From the NCBI GenBank assembly GCA_000091205.1, contig AP006493.2: a DNA stretch of 64,000 nucleotides; one strand, written 5' to 3'. Shown piece by piece: positions 23,545 through 36,200 of the stretch; the stretch's first letter is position 1, and the number at the start of each line of letters is the position of its first letter. Below the pieces are notes generated by a model. That model ran no database searches. It was given only the letters and a program-made list of their open reading frames with translations, and had not been told where the DNA came from. Position numbers and translations under genes: made by a program. The DNA comes from Cyanidioschyzon merolae (Eukaryota).

Positions 23545-24976
23545 CGCACTTGCGCAACGCCAGAGTCAAATTAAAAAAGAACAGGAAACTACGCGCTTTG
23601 TCCAAGCTATCCGCTTTTCTCCCCAACTCACATTCAGATCTACACCCTCAGCGTTCGATGCGCAGTTCTAAGTGCTCACGGACTCATAAGCAGTTCCAGA
23701 ACTCCTGATCGGATTTGGAAGCCTGGTTCCTGCGACCCGTTACCACCGGAATCAATACGATTCGTGACTATGTTGGACACGGGCTCGCCATATCTACGAT
23801 GCTGCGGATCAATTTGTTCACACAAGATTCCACTCTGCCCCTTTTCTTACCTGGAGCACGCTCAAATCATGAGTGCTTCAAAATACAGATACTTTTGTTT
23901 CGGGGCAACTCGTGAGCGCACCAATACGCGCTGCTGGACTCGCGAGGAGCACGAACTCGACGATGTCTCTCGCTGACTTGCGCAAAAGCTCATTCCGCAA
24001 GTTTACTGGACTTGTCACGAACAATAATCGATCAGACACGAATGACCAGCTGTCTTATTTTTTGTGTGGTCAACGACGAATACGATCTCGGAACCACCAG
24101 CACCAGCACCACCAGCACCAGCACCAGCACCACCAGCAGCATACCTCTCAGGGAATATGCTCCCAAAGGCTCCCGTCTATACCGTTTCTATCGTAACGAG
24201 TCTTCAGTTCAGTCTTCGATCATCACAGTGATGGATTCCATTGTAGCGTACTTCTCGGCTCTGTATGAAGTGAGCGTACGCGGATCCAGACTTCTCGACC
24301 GATTCTCTAGCCCAGATTTTCCTGACGGTATATGATTCCTCATGGACAACATCGCCATCTCTAAACCTACAACAAATGCAGCAGCGCGCGCCCGCGCGTG
24401 CAGCGGACCGACTAGTCGCCTCGGATCGCGACCCAGAAGAGGCTCGCAAACGTAGCGTACAACACCAGGTGCGGAATCAGAGAATGGCAGACGCGGAAGC
24501 CCCCGTTACCCCGTAAGGGCTCGTACCAAGTCATAAAGCAAGCGTTTGTCGCGCCACAGAGCGGCCTTCGGATACGGAGGCGTGGTGGACCTTCGGGCAT
24601 ACCTGACCATATCCACTTTTCGCCGCCGCGGAGGCCGCACCCAGACTGTACACCAAAACGAACAGCATGGCAAGCGACGCGTAGATCGCAACGTTTGCCT
24701 GTGCACGAAATGCGTAGACAACAGCCGGCAGCGTCGAAATCGGGCACTTGAACACTGCCATGAACGTCCTTCGGATGCGGACAACAGAGTCGGACGGAAA
24801 GCGGAAGCCGACGTCGTTAAAGTCAGCGATCATAGAGAGGAAACGTAAGCAGTTGACGAAAACGCCCGCAAAGGCTCGCGTTGAGAGCAATTGGAAGGGA
24901 TTCCCACTTGAATATGCTCTCCCGCGTTCCCTGACTGGACTCGTTCTATTCTATTCTGTTCTGACATGGGTGCAAC
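23545..24976 (-). repeat. Right arm of the large inverted repeat, paired with 18897..20330
   Basis: It is the reverse complement of the left arm. Arm-encoded peptides are more than 95% identical. Similarity ends at the sequences revcomp-matching 'ttttttaatttaactctgg' and at '...VLTWVQ'. Confidence 0.9.
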
Positions 24977-26003
24977 GCAAGTACTAGCAGACAGCTCGAT
25001 GCGTTTGCGAAGCAGCGATACCCCCAGTTGCACGAGCACGCTGCTGCTCCAGTGGCTATCAGCACGCGCATCCGGTGAACTCATGTCCTCGTCCGTGCCT
25101 AGACACTGCTTTTCGCAGTCGGCAGGTTTGTCGCGTGCAACGAATATCTGGAAACGCAGCGCCGGCCACGTCGAAAAGCTTTCTTCAGGATCTGCGTTTA
25201 TTTTCTGCTTTGGCGACGACACTTTGCGGGTTTTCAGACTGTCAGCCCCCGAAGCGCTTCAGAGGAACAATATCACTGAATGCGAACTCCAGTCACCTTT
25301 CATACAGCACGTCAAACGAACGCACCCGCACATTCCTTGTTTCGCTTCTATCGGCGGTGAGTCGTGGCATATCAAGCACTCACCAGCGTTACAGGCATCC
25401 TCCTCCCGACTGCTAACATGCTAGCGACACGCGACCAGACAAACGGACGGAGCAGCAGACGTTCTGAGCATAGATGCTCGTGTCCGCTCTCTGGCTACGG
25501 GCATTCCCGCGACACCCGATCCGTCAAACGGATGGATCGTTGAACGATCTGCATACCGATGCCGCGTAACCGACACCCTGTCCGCAAGATCCATTTTTAT
25601 ACAGAATCTGTTCCGAATGCCCTTCGATCCAGGGCGACCTGCCCACCAGCTCTGATCCCGGTCGACAGGGCGGGGTTTGCATCGACCCGAGCCCGGGTCC
25701 GATTCTGAGTCCAAAGCCCCTGTCCTATGGCGACGCCAGCGTTTCCGCATCAGTACCACCGGGGCGCACCAGGCGACGCTGTGTTGGCACTGTGTGCCGA
25801 AACGTCGCCCTGGAACGGGTCCAGCGTCATGGCGTGCGGGTCAGCTGGCCCCGATGCTGGCTATCGCATGTGCCTCTCTGGCCCAGCTCTTGTGGCACTT
25901 TTTCCCGAATAAATTTTGTTCGTGATTCGAGAAGGCATTCGCATCAGCACGAGTTGCAAGTGCGGGCTGGGGCGAGGCATTTGCACACCGCGGTGCGCAG
26001 CTC

Positions 26004-28562
26004 ATGCGCCACTGGCGGCCTCGTCGAGCGCACCCACACAGTCGAATCCTTTGGGTGTTTCTCTCTCTCTTCAACATATTTATCTGCTATGCTGCTACGG
26101 TCGCGCTTGGCGGAGAGGTTTCTGCACACGCATACGACCGGTGCAACTCATCCCTGATGGCAACGGCTGGCTTCAACGACAGTGCCGCACAACAGTTTGT
26201 CTTTCAAACAGCACTAGAATTGCTCTATACCAGTTTCGCATCATCAGAGGCTGCAGCGAGCCTAGTGCGCCGTGGATATGCCCATAATGTCCTTGAGTAT
26301 GCGGCCATGTTAGCGATGAGGGGCAACGCTTCCGACTGTCCCTTCTTTCGCGAGCTGCTACGTGAATACGGTACGGCCTTCGCTCGAAACCCCAAAGCTC
26401 TCGCCAGTGATTTCTTCGCTGCATTACCACTGGCGGCCGCTATCCATTACGGTCTCGAAAATTCTTGGATAACTGTGTCTGACCCTGGTCTCGACCCAGC
26501 AGTGATCCGTGCGGTCTGTAAGCCGGACTGGACCCTGCGCGGTGCGCAGAATCAAGCGATGATCAAGGCAGCCGGCACTGCGCTCTGTCTCGCGTCGATC
26601 CCTTCCCAGATTTTAGGCGGATCAGCCACAACCACGTATGCTGCGTATATCGAGGCAGTATGGGATGACTTTGCGGTACGCGCCCAAGGCGATACCACCG
26701 AGAATGCTCCGCAGTATAACGTGATATTTCTCAGCGGTTTGTGGGTCCTGGTCAACCTGAACCAAACGAGGTGCGATTGGCTACAAAAGTCTGCGAATGC
26801 CTTCAACATGTTCATGGATTTCGCGAACCAGGTGTCGCCCCTCGGTATACTGCCGAGTTACGGCGACGACGGACTCGGGACGCCGCTCGTTTTCGCTGGC
26901 GACTGGGCCAGCGTGCTGGCGCTCGCTGCGAAGCTCTACGCCGGCCACGTAACCGGGAGTGGCGACATGACTGCAGTGTCGCTCCTCGAGGCCGCGGCGT
27001 ATCGCGTCTGGCAGTTTCAAACTAGCGGGCCGCTCACAACCAAAGCTGGCAATTCGGTTGGCGTTTTCCTCCATCCTGTCCGCTCAACACAGCCGTTGTT
27101 TCACATGGCGCTGCTAGCACACCCAACATGGGCCGACTTGCGAGCAGGCGCTACTGCTGCTGTGGGCGCAAACAGCGCCGCAACCCGTGCAATTGTGACA
27201 GCGCGCGTGCCTCAAACGCCCGACAAAGTCATCGTTACCGCGACGGATGGCTCCGATGCCGGGAATCAGTCCCTTTTCGCCTGTGCGAGTGTGTATTCAT
27301 CGCCTTTCGCGTACCATGCCCATGCACAGCAACTGGGAACAATGGCCATGCTCTCGATGAACGATGCCGTACTTCTGTACGGCCTCGGCTACAATAATCG
27401 CCTCCAAAATCAGTCAAATACAATGGTGCTCGTTCCGCGTCAACAACTATCCATGCCCAGTGTCATGAATGGCATCTGGCAGAGCGCGATGCTCCCGACC
27501 GAGAATCTGGAGCCATATGTCGCCGGAATGTCGTTTGAGACACTTGCAACAGGTCTTCTGTCCCTGCAGCAAACCGCGAGTTTGTTGCGCAACTTCAACC
27601 GGACTGTGACGTTTCGAGTGCAGTACCGAGGACCCGGAACCGGCAAGCTTACAGTGCGCAACCTGAGGCTCGTATCAGGTGCCGGAGAGGAGCGCGCTGC
27701 ACCACTGCTGGCCTCCACGGGCATGCGCGGTGCGAGCGATAACGGTGCAGAGGTCGCCTTCGAGAACTGCGGCGGTGATGCGGTTGCCTTCAACACATAT
27801 GCCCTGCGCAACGGCAGCGTCACCTTCAGCGTCACCGAATACCCGTATGTTGCTTTTGATTGGAAGTTCGAGGTTTTTCCGAACACTGCTTGCGAGCCGG
27901 GAAAGCCACCGCCAGCTGGTGCCGGCAGTATTACCGCACCTTCTTACACATTGTTGATCTTTCGGGCATCGCCCTCGTCGCTATTCGATATCAACGTGCT
28001 TACGGACCCGATGCCTCGACCCCGAGACGTTGAGGCGGCGCCTATGACATCGCTAGGCGAAGCAGGATCAAGCCCGTGGCAGGCAGCCGCTCGGTATCGC
28101 ATACGCGGGTACGGCACAGCGGATACTATCTGGACCCGCGAGCTCTTTCTCTCGGCGATTGCAGAGCGGACCCTCCTGGTCCGTGACACCGTCGAGTGCG
28201 GCGACGCGCTCCTCCAGAGAGGTTATGCGTCGATAGGACCTGTTTGGAACTTTCTCGGAACCGCTTACCAACTGAACTCAAGTGACCGTACCGTATACAT
28301 ACGGGGCTTTCCCAACGCTGTCACGAAAGTTGCTCACGACGACCGCCTGGTAGCCGAAGTGCGCGTGCGCTCCAACACAACAGCTCAACTACAAGTATCG
28401 AACACGCAGCTCTTGTGGGCGAACGTTAGACCAGTAGTCGTTCGCGCTCAAGCTCCGATCACGAGTTCGCAAAAGACGTTGCGTTTTGAAACGACCATCC
28501 GCCTCGTTTCAGAGTCACCGGCTGGTGCGCTGTGGCACAAATACCAAACACTCGACTTTTGA
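26004..28562 (+). CDS. Large secreted or membrane-anchored hypothetical protein (852 aa) with an N-terminal signal peptide
   Basis: A hydrophobic N-terminus, 'ILWVFLSLFNIFICYAATVALG', is followed by a long uninterrupted ORF. There are many N-glycosylation-type sequons. I recognise no confident family; it could be a polysaccharide lyase or heparinase-like fold. Confidence 0.45.
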   Translation: MRHWRPRRAHPHSRILWVFLSLFNIFICYAATVALGGEVSAHAYDRCNSSLMATAGFNDSAAQQFVFQTALELLYTSFASSEAAASLVRRGYAHNVLEYAAMLAMRGNASDCPFFRELLREYGTAFARNPKALASDFFAALPLAAAIHYGLENSWITVSDPGLDPAVIRAVCKPDWTLRGAQNQAMIKAAGTALCLASIPSQILGGSATTTYAAYIEAVWDDFAVRAQGDTTENAPQYNVIFLSGLWVLVNLNQTRCDWLQKSANAFNMFMDFANQVSPLGILPSYGDDGLGTPLVFAGDWASVLALAAKLYAGHVTGSGDMTAVSLLEAAAYRVWQFQTSGPLTTKAGNSVGVFLHPVRSTQPLFHMALLAHPTWADLRAGATAAVGANSAATRAIVTARVPQTPDKVIVTATDGSDAGNQSLFACASVYSSPFAYHAHAQQLGTMAMLSMNDAVLLYGLGYNNRLQNQSNTMVLVPRQQLSMPSVMNGIWQSAMLPTENLEPYVAGMSFETLATGLLSLQQTASLLRNFNRTVTFRVQYRGPGTGKLTVRNLRLVSGAGEERAAPLLASTGMRGASDNGAEVAFENCGGDAVAFNTYALRNGSVTFSVTEYPYVAFDWKFEVFPNTACEPGKPPPAGAGSITAPSYTLLIFRASPSSLFDINVLTDPMPRPRDVEAAPMTSLGEAGSSPWQAAARYRIRGYGTADTIWTRELFLSAIAERTLLVRDTVECGDALLQRGYASIGPVWNFLGTAYQLNSSDRTVYIRGFPNAVTKVAHDDRLVAEVRVRSNTTAQLQVSNTQLLWANVRPVVVRAQAPITSSQKTLRFETTIRLVSESPAGALWHKYQTLDF

Positions 28563-29540
28563 CGCCTTCGCACGGACACCTTGCCGACGTGTCCGCGCAC
28601 GCATGCAGTCAGTTGCCGCGCACGCATGCGTCCATCGCTGTGCGTTGTTTGTGGCGCAGCATGCAGGGCACATGCCGCATCCGCCGCTAGGCACTGCATC
28701 AGCGCCTGCTGTGGCATTCGCGCTCGTGCTGGGCGGCAATACAGCGAGATCTCTCTGCTGCTTGACAGAGGGTCGACGCAGACAAGGGATCCCCGAGTGC
28801 ACGCTTGATAGCAGCGTGCGGTGAAGCACCCATCGTTCCACGCCCTACCTCCACGTACCATCGTCCATACTTCCCCTCGCGGATCCTGGATACGGTGAAA
28901 TGACGCTGGCGCCCGCAGCATCACCGATGCGATACGATCAGGAGTACGTTGCAAATCAGGCGAGCATCCGCAGGATGATGGATGTATGATGTAAGGTCGA
29001 TGCCTTGAACCGGAATCTCCCAGATCATTCAATGATACCGGTGAACAAGCTAGTGAGTTTCTGGTCCTTCCAGATACGTTACGGCGTAGTGCAACATCCA
29101 GAGCGATGATCCATAGTGCATGTGATGCTAGACCGAGGCAGCGCCCTTGCGGGTGCCGCGCACGCGTCATTTGGTTGACACGGCGCTGGATGCGCCGTCG
29201 CAGCCATGGACGTCCTGCAGAGGTGGAACAGCTTTGGGCTGCGTTGATGAGAGTCAGCTCAAGGCATGGAGATATCTGGCACAAGACCCGGACTAGTCAC
29301 TGGTTTGTGCACTGCCGCGTTTCGGTTCACATTGTGGAGTGCGTATCGCACACGGCCGCTGCCGGGAACCAGTGGCATGCATGAGCAAAACGAGCTAGGT
29401 GCTTTTCGCAAATATCGCAAATGCGCAAATGCCCCGAGGATGAAAGATCTGCTTTTTGATGCTTGTTTGTTATTGCATGGTCAGTAGCAGCCGGCACTGG
29501 TCTGCGAACTGAAGCGAGATCCGCTGATGACTGGCGGTGC

Positions 29541-30098
29541 TCAAAGCATCCAGCCAGCTGTGCTACATTCGCGTTGTCGAGCCAGGAGCGCGAGCACTGT
29601 GACAAGGCGCGATCGCTGCATCACCGCAGCATCTGGTAATCGCTGGGCGTAAGTAGTATCTTCCCAGCAGTTCCCTGGGGAACGCGTGTCTTTTCCGAGC
29701 ATACAGTCTCCATAGGACTCATGTGTTCCGCTCTCGTGCCGCAGTTCACAGGCTAATCGCTCTGCCAGCATTGTTCCGCACGGGCATGTGAACCATGTGC
29801 TGTGCGTTTGCGGCAGTCTCCATTGAGCCGGTATGCCTGTCGTGCAACCATATGCAAGCGGATTATCTTCAAGTCCCCGATACTGCATGTTCTGGATCAA
29901 GCGGTCACCGTCGACGCTCCCGTCCATCATATGAACACACAAACCAAGAGTGATGGAGCTCTCGTCGATCACACGAGCAAACCGCCTTCGGAGCGGGCAT
30001 ACAGCGACCTCCATATTGCGATAGTACGTGCGCTGGACTTGGTTTCCGATGCGAACAGGAACCGCTTTCCCCTCGTGACGAGGCACTAAGCAGAGCAC
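29541..30098 (-). CDS. Hypothetical cysteine-rich protein
   Basis: A 185-aa ORF with no family I recognise. It may be an artefact of GC-rich sequence. Confidence 0.2.
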   Translation of the reverse strand: MLCLVPRHEGKAVPVRIGNQVQRTYYRNMEVAVCPLRRRFARVIDESSITLGLCVHMMDGSVDGDRLIQNMQYRGLEDNPLAYGCTTGIPAQWRLPQTHSTWFTCPCGTMLAERLACELRHESGTHESYGDCMLGKDTRSPGNCWEDTTYAQRLPDAAVMQRSRLVTVLALLARQRECSTAGWML

Positions 30099-30198
30099 AC
30101 TACAGCATTCAACTATTTGTTTCCTGACTGTATCCGTGTACGTGTGGCTGTGCTTCTCGTTCTGATGGATTCCAGTGAGCAGGCGGCTGCTGCGTTCA

Positions 30199-31281
30199 TC
30201 ACGGATTGTATCCGACCGTTATCACAGCATTTGCGATAACAAGCCGATCATCGCCCGGCCTATCACCGTGCTCCCCGAGATAAATGCCGGAGCTCGCCGC
30301 CAAGCCGCCAGGTACGATTTCCACCTCAACTTGCCCATATGGAAAGAGTCGCCGGAGAGCGTGCTTGTCGACGCGATTGTGGAACTCTGGCGGCAAGCCT
30401 AGTAGAACATGTACTCGCATTTGTTGGAGGTCCCCCGGTGGCGGCAGAAACTTCCGTAGTCCGGGGTACGAATTGCGGTGCAAGGCATCGTTGCAGGCCC
30501 GTTCAGCCGCTACCTGAGCGTCTTGTCCGTGCAAGTCCACGCCGAAGCCAACCTCGATAGCGAATACCTCGGTGGGCAGCCCGGATAGGGCCTCAGTGTG
30601 CCCGAAAGTCGTGCGATGTTCATCCGAAGCCATCAATAGAGTTCGTGGTTTGCTCTGGCCAGATGAAGTGCGACCGCCTGGGCCCACAAGCGGTTGCCAA
30701 CGCCGCTTTCGGGCTTGCGTCAGTTGAAACCAGTTCCGCAGAACGTTCCGCAGTCCAAACAGGTACGCAGTTCCAGGCAGGTGTCTCCAATAAGTTTGCG
30801 CTCGAGAGCTGGTTGCACGGACGGTCACTGCGCGCCGCCCTTCAGTGGCCAGTGGAGCCCGCAGTTTCTTCCTCTGAAAGCGACACGTCTCAATACGACA
30901 ACCGCTTGTCAACAGCCCTGAGCACTGCCCGGTGTCCAAGCATTGAGAGCACCAAGTCGCTTGCGGCGACACGCTTACAAAGAGCGCCACCAGGATACGT
31001 CGATGGCTTCGCTGTACCTGTGGCATGCGCGAAACCCGCACCCACGCAGGAACAAGTACGACCACAGTGTCGTGGGCGCCGACGTCGCCCTCCACAACAT
31101 TCCCTGGAGCCAGCACTGGGAGCGCGCCCCAGAACCCCTCTGTTTTCTGTACGGCATCCGGCATAGCGCTTCCATCGGCGGAGGAGTTGCACAGGGTACG
31201 CTCGGCACCTGGGAAAACTGTTTTCGAACGATCCATGCTCCCGAAACAGGTGCTCTGCTGTCGGTTGAGGAACTGCGACAT
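30199..31281 (-). CDS. Lin0512-family (TIGR02058-like) conserved protein. The true start is probably the internal Met near 30690.
   Basis: The C-terminal roughly 160 aa carry 'MASDEHRTTFGHTEALSGLPTEVFAIEVGFGVDLHGQDAQVAA...PYGQVEVEIVPGGL...VIANAVITVGY'. This is remembered similarity, not a database hit. The N-terminal 200 aa of the ORF overlap other frames and look non-coding. Confidence 0.4.
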   Translation of the reverse strand: MSQFLNRQQSTCFGSMDRSKTVFPGAERTLCNSSADGSAMPDAVQKTEGFWGALPVLAPGNVVEGDVGAHDTVVVLVPAWVRVSRMPQVQRSHRRILVALFVSVSPQATWCSQCLDTGQCSGLLTSGCRIETCRFQRKKLRAPLATEGRRAVTVRATSSRAQTYWRHLPGTAYLFGLRNVLRNWFQLTQARKRRWQPLVGPGGRTSSGQSKPRTLLMASDEHRTTFGHTEALSGLPTEVFAIEVGFGVDLHGQDAQVAAERACNDALHRNSYPGLRKFLPPPGDLQQMRVHVLLGLPPEFHNRVDKHALRRLFPYGQVEVEIVPGGLAASSGIYLGEHGDRPGDDRLVIANAVITVGYNP

Positions 31282-32029
31282 CGTTTGAAATGGGGTGGTA
31301 GTTACGCAACTTGAACACCGATCGCAGTCGTGAACTCAGAGAGCCTCGATATCCAGTTTATCGAACCTAGATCATCGAGATTTTCGCTCAGCTCGACGCC
31401 TTGGTGGTGATTACAACAGGACCCATCCGTATCCGTGCAGCGTTCGCAGCGGTGCTATGCAGGCGCGGGCCTCGGCGCTCACGACAGGCTCAGTAGCCAG
31501 AGGATCGGATGAACATGGCATTATTTTCAAAACGACGTCTGCTTCGTGGCAGACAGAGACTGGAGATCTGGTGTGGCATGATAGATGCTTTTTCTGATGC
31601 CAATATTCGATGTACAATTGGGGTTACCTGGCTGGAGTAAATGATCCTGCATCCCCGTATGATCGGAACATTCACCAGAGGCGCCGCCCGAGTGCCATGC
31701 CTCGCAGCGCGCCGTTACGTCCCGTTCCGTTGCCAGGTCGAAGTGCCAGACCCGCAAACCGCGATAAACGGTACGTCCGGGGTATCTAGTGTGCAGTTTT
31801 GATCCGTCTGCGGCAGGTAGCTTCCGGTGGTACGCACGGGAGCCGTCAGGAGCGCTGAGTCAACCACCTGAAGCTGGTTGGTGCTCGGCTAGCAGGATCC
31901 CCGCGCTGGAGGTTCACGGTCTCCGTTGGGATAGCGTGCCCCGCGCGTTTCGCGTTTAAGCACGGGCCAAAGCTGCTTACCAGAGCAGTGGACCTGCTTG
32001 GGGAGCTCGCGTACTGCTCAATCTGAGGA

Positions 32030-33202
32030 ATGGCTCCTGATGATCAGCCCGAGGAGCTCGACGCGGCAAAAGTCCTCGCGGAGCTGCAGCGTCTTCCAGA
32101 CAATAAACGCTGTGCAGACTGCGGCGCGTATCATCCGCAGTGGGCTACAGTAACGTACGGCACGTTCATTTGTCTTGAATGTTCAGGTCGACATCGCGGT
32201 CTCGGCGTGCATGTTTCGTTTGTACGCTCTGTGAGTATGGATCGCTGGAAACCTCTGGAGCTGCGTCAAATGCAAGTCGGCGGGAACGCTGCGTTCATAG
32301 ACTTCATGCGGCGCTTCGCCGGCATCACGCCCAGCGTCTCTGCTGACATTCCCGCCAAGTATGCGACTCCAGCTGCAGCAATTTACGCGCAACGTATTCG
32401 AGCACTAGCACGAGGCGAGCCCTGGCAAGACCCTGAACCTGGGCGCGTACCTCGTATGCCAGCGCTCAGTGGGTGCTCCGATAGTGGCGGGCCAGCCGCA
32501 CCTGCAAGTGTATCAAGCGGTGCTTTTCCGGGGGGGTTTCCACGACAAACACCACTCCTTGCACAATCGGGCCGGATCGAGAGCGTCTCCAGCCGCCCAG
32601 TGAGCCTCTCTGGTGGTCGCTCAATGCGTTCCGTTCCCCATGGTAGCGTCGACCATGATGCTTTGAGCGTGGAGCAAGCTCTAAAGACTGCCGGCTCTAC
32701 GCTAAGCGAGCTGACGGAGCAGGGTACGGAACTTGCGCGCACAGCGACGATGAAGTTGAGCGCATGGATCTCACGGGCAGCCAATCTACTGGAGGGTCCG
32801 AATACAGGTCATCAAGAGCTGACCTCGCATACGGAATCCATTCAGATGACGAGACGCACCGATAACGGCTCGTACACTGGTGCCGTCCGCGACGACAACG
32901 ACGATGAACAGCAAAGTCTGCTGGCGGGCATTCGACACCTACCAAAAGGCAGTGGCCTGGAAGGCATCGGCAATCCGCGACGTCCAGCGCCCACTGAGGA
33001 ACAACACAGCGCATCGCGATCGTCGAATTCTACGGAGAACTCGAGCATCTTTAGAGGTTTCTTAGGCAATGAATCGAGCCTATCGTCAAGTTTGAGGCGA
33101 GATCTTCGACACCTGCAGAGAAGTCAGCGAAACCTGGACGATGGCCCCTCCACAGCATCGGATGCTTCGGTCCATTACGCGTCCCAGAAGCGCTTTCAAT
33201 AG
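32030..33202 (+). CDS. ADP-ribosylation factor GTPase-activating protein (ArfGAP1/Gcs1-like)
   Basis: The N-terminal ArfGAP zinc finger reads '[46 protein letters not shown]'. It is a 390-aa single ORF. Confidence 0.85.
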   Translation: MAPDDQPEELDAAKVLAELQRLPDNKRCADCGAYHPQWATVTYGTFICLECSGRHRGLGVHVSFVRSVSMDRWKPLELRQMQVGGNAAFIDFMRRFAGITPSVSADIPAKYATPAAAIYAQRIRALARGEPWQDPEPGRVPRMPALSGCSDSGGPAAPASVSSGAFPGGFPRQTPLLAQSGRIESVSSRPVSLSGGRSMRSVPHGSVDHDALSVEQALKTAGSTLSELTEQGTELARTATMKLSAWISRAANLLEGPNTGHQELTSHTESIQMTRRTDNGSYTGAVRDDNDDEQQSLLAGIRHLPKGSGLEGIGNPRRPAPTEEQHSASRSSNSTENSSIFRGFLGNESSLSSSLRRDLRHLQRSQRNLDDGPSTASDASVHYASQKRFQ

Positions 33203-36200
33203 CGGAACATTTAGGTACGTATCCCAGCTGTGATGATATGTACCATGTTTCGTTTCATACATCCATTACAGGAATGGTCTGCCTAACAGCGTAGGGCAAT
33301 TGCAGCATAGCAAGGCTGTATGCGCTGTAGGCAGAAGGAGCTGGCGTCAAGAGGTAGCGATTGCTGTCACGTTTTCTGCAGAAGAGCTATTTCGTCGCTG
33401 TAAAGATGAGAAGCATCATCGTATGCGCTTCGTGCATTCGTATCCGTGTCCGCAGCTCGAGACTGCTCCATTGCAGGTAGCTTGCGGATGCGGGAGAGCA
33501 CCCAAAGAAGGTGTCCAGCTCAGAAGCTCGCGAATTGTCGATTTTGAGACACGCTTCAGCACAGGGCGTGAAACTCGGGACGCAATGTGGCGAAATATCG
33601 AGCAACGAGGAACTCGATGCTGCGTCGAGCTTATATTTGCCGTGCGTACGACATAGGCAACTCGTGGAGATGCTTATATCCGCGGATTCGGGGTAATAAT
33701 GTTTACATCAGAGTCATATCGACATCTCGCGACGCGCACAGTGTCCAGAAACGAGTTGCCAGCGCCAGCTCCGGCACTGCGGTTTGCGCCCGGTGCATTT
33801 CGTGGTTCGAGTCAATGAACCGCGACTCGCATGGCTGGAAATACGCATAATGATTAGTACTTACGTCACATCGAATTCTTTAGCCTCGTCGCGCAATGCA
33901 GTGCTTCCCCATTTCAGTTTAGCAGGCCCATTTCGGAGGCATTCCAGACCGTTCGCGAACCAGTTCGCATAGCAGGCCAAGGCGTACGTGCCTAGAATGG
34001 GCTTCCAGCCACGAAGCCCCTTGCTTGGCAGCAGCGCAGAGCGGCTAACGACTTTGGCTCTGGTGAAGCGCTCTCTCCGAGCCACGCGTTGCTTCGGATG
34101 CTTCTGCCATTGAATACCATCGTGACTAACGCACGAACACAATCTGGAACGGCAGCGGTTGCTTGCTTCCAATAATCGAGCTTGTGTCAGCAAGCCATAA
34201 GGAAGCTCCTGGAAGTGCGGAACGACTTGTAAAGGGAGCTGGTAACCGCTGAAAGCTCGCTGCCCTGGAGAACGTCCAGCTTGACGTTTCAAATCCCGCC
34301 TGCAATCCCTGAGCCAGCGCACCCAGTGAAGGCATTACATGGAAACGTACCGAGAACAACCAAACTGGAGCAGTTTTGTATCCCAGTCGTATGACTACTC
34401 CATGTCACCGCTTATCTTATGGCGCACCCTTGATATATCCAGTAACATCGAAAAATGGAGCAGGAATCTCATTTACCAATCGTCCAGGGAAATCGATCCC
34501 AGTCTTGAGAAAGACAGCACTTGTGCATTGCGAGATCGCTGATCTGCACCATAGCGAATGCCCTGCTCCGAGCAAGAATCAAGTTCTCTCTCTCCTGACA
34601 ACTGCTTTTTTCGCCGTAAGTTTTTACGGGTTTAGCACACCGTTCTCACTGAGTATTCAAGGATTTCCTCGAATCCTCGCTCCACACACAAAGCCGCTGG
34701 AAGCTCCAGAAGCACGAATATTTTCGGCTGTTGATCGAGACGTTGAACTCTGGACGCAGAACATGTTTGCATTCACTGTTGCTGATCGATGCACAAAACA
34801 CCACGCCTTTCACTTTCGATCGCGTCACCATCAGACCTTCGCTCTGCTGACGATAATCTTTTTCGCCAAACCGTCTCCGTTTCACGGACGTCATCTCAAC
34901 CGGTTTCATCATATAACCAGGCTGGAGATACATGAATGTCGCATTGAATCCATCGATGGGAATCGTACACCATTGATGTCTAGACTCGTTGGGTGCCCTC
35001 GTCGAACGAGCTGAAGTGGAGCCCATGCTCGCTGCAGCAAGTCTGCATCCACTGGGTCCCATTAAATGACGTCATTTGTCGGTTACTTCCATTCCGACGC
35101 ATCGAAGGTTATGAGTGCTCGCTTCTTGCCTATGTAGGAACGAGACCGTTGACATCTCTCGCCCAGTGTCATGGCAGCCTATCAGAGATCATCCGCATGA
35201 GCTGTTTGGACGCACACGGACTCTCTGAATGAAGCGTACAACGCATCAGCCTCTGCTCGATGAGATGCTCAGAGCGTCGAGATGGTTCCAGACAACACAG
35301 TTTCGCTTACTGGTACGCTTCCTAGTGCTGATCATGTCCGACACCTAAGGATATCGAACCCTGAAATAATCAGGTCGCGTTGCATAGTGTGTACCGAGCA
35401 TAAGATGTCACGTGAAGTTTTGGTCCAAAATCGAATAGAAATGCAGACAGCTGGTAGATCATTGACCAGAAATTATTGCGACTGGTTGCTTGAAAAGGTG
35501 CGTCAAGGCAAGGGATGCCCGGCGAGAATCTCTCGAGTAGGAAGATATACCGTCCCTCATGGCGTCGTACAGCTCAAAGTTCGAAGATTATCACCCTGAC
35601 GTGTTTTACTACGGAATGCCTGACAACAGCATTGGACTGATGTTTCGGCTCCGTTACTTTTCCCTGGGTGTACTTCATCGTCCGTAAATCGGAACGATTT
35701 TCTCTTCTTTTTCAAGTCGTTTCCTCTCCGTCCCGTTCACCTGGCGGGCTGGCATAAATATGGCTGCTACCCTCTGTATCCGTTTTCCGTCTCGGAGCCG
35801 GAGACAGTGTGTCGAGGGCGCGTTGGAGGCTCATCTCCTCTATGCACGTGTTCACTGTTCCTGAATTATATTTCCGTTACGATCCCTTTTCGAGGATACC
35901 CATGTACCGACGAACACGTTTTCGTTCGCTCCCTCGCATTAGCAAGGAAGCAGCACATCTGTTTTTGGATATTGAACGCAGGAAAAACTTGTACAAGAAC
36001 ATTTTCTCGACTAAGATTGGTGCCACGGACATGAACGACCGTCCATAGGTATGTCAGGGCATCGACAAAAAATTTGGGAAGGAGCGAGACACAAGGAGAC
36101 CCTCTACGACGGAGACGGTGTTGAGCGATCCCGTCTGTTTCATGATTCGTAGGAGCACAGGCAACTGATTCGCCCGCTTCTGCTGAAGTTTTCGGAATGC

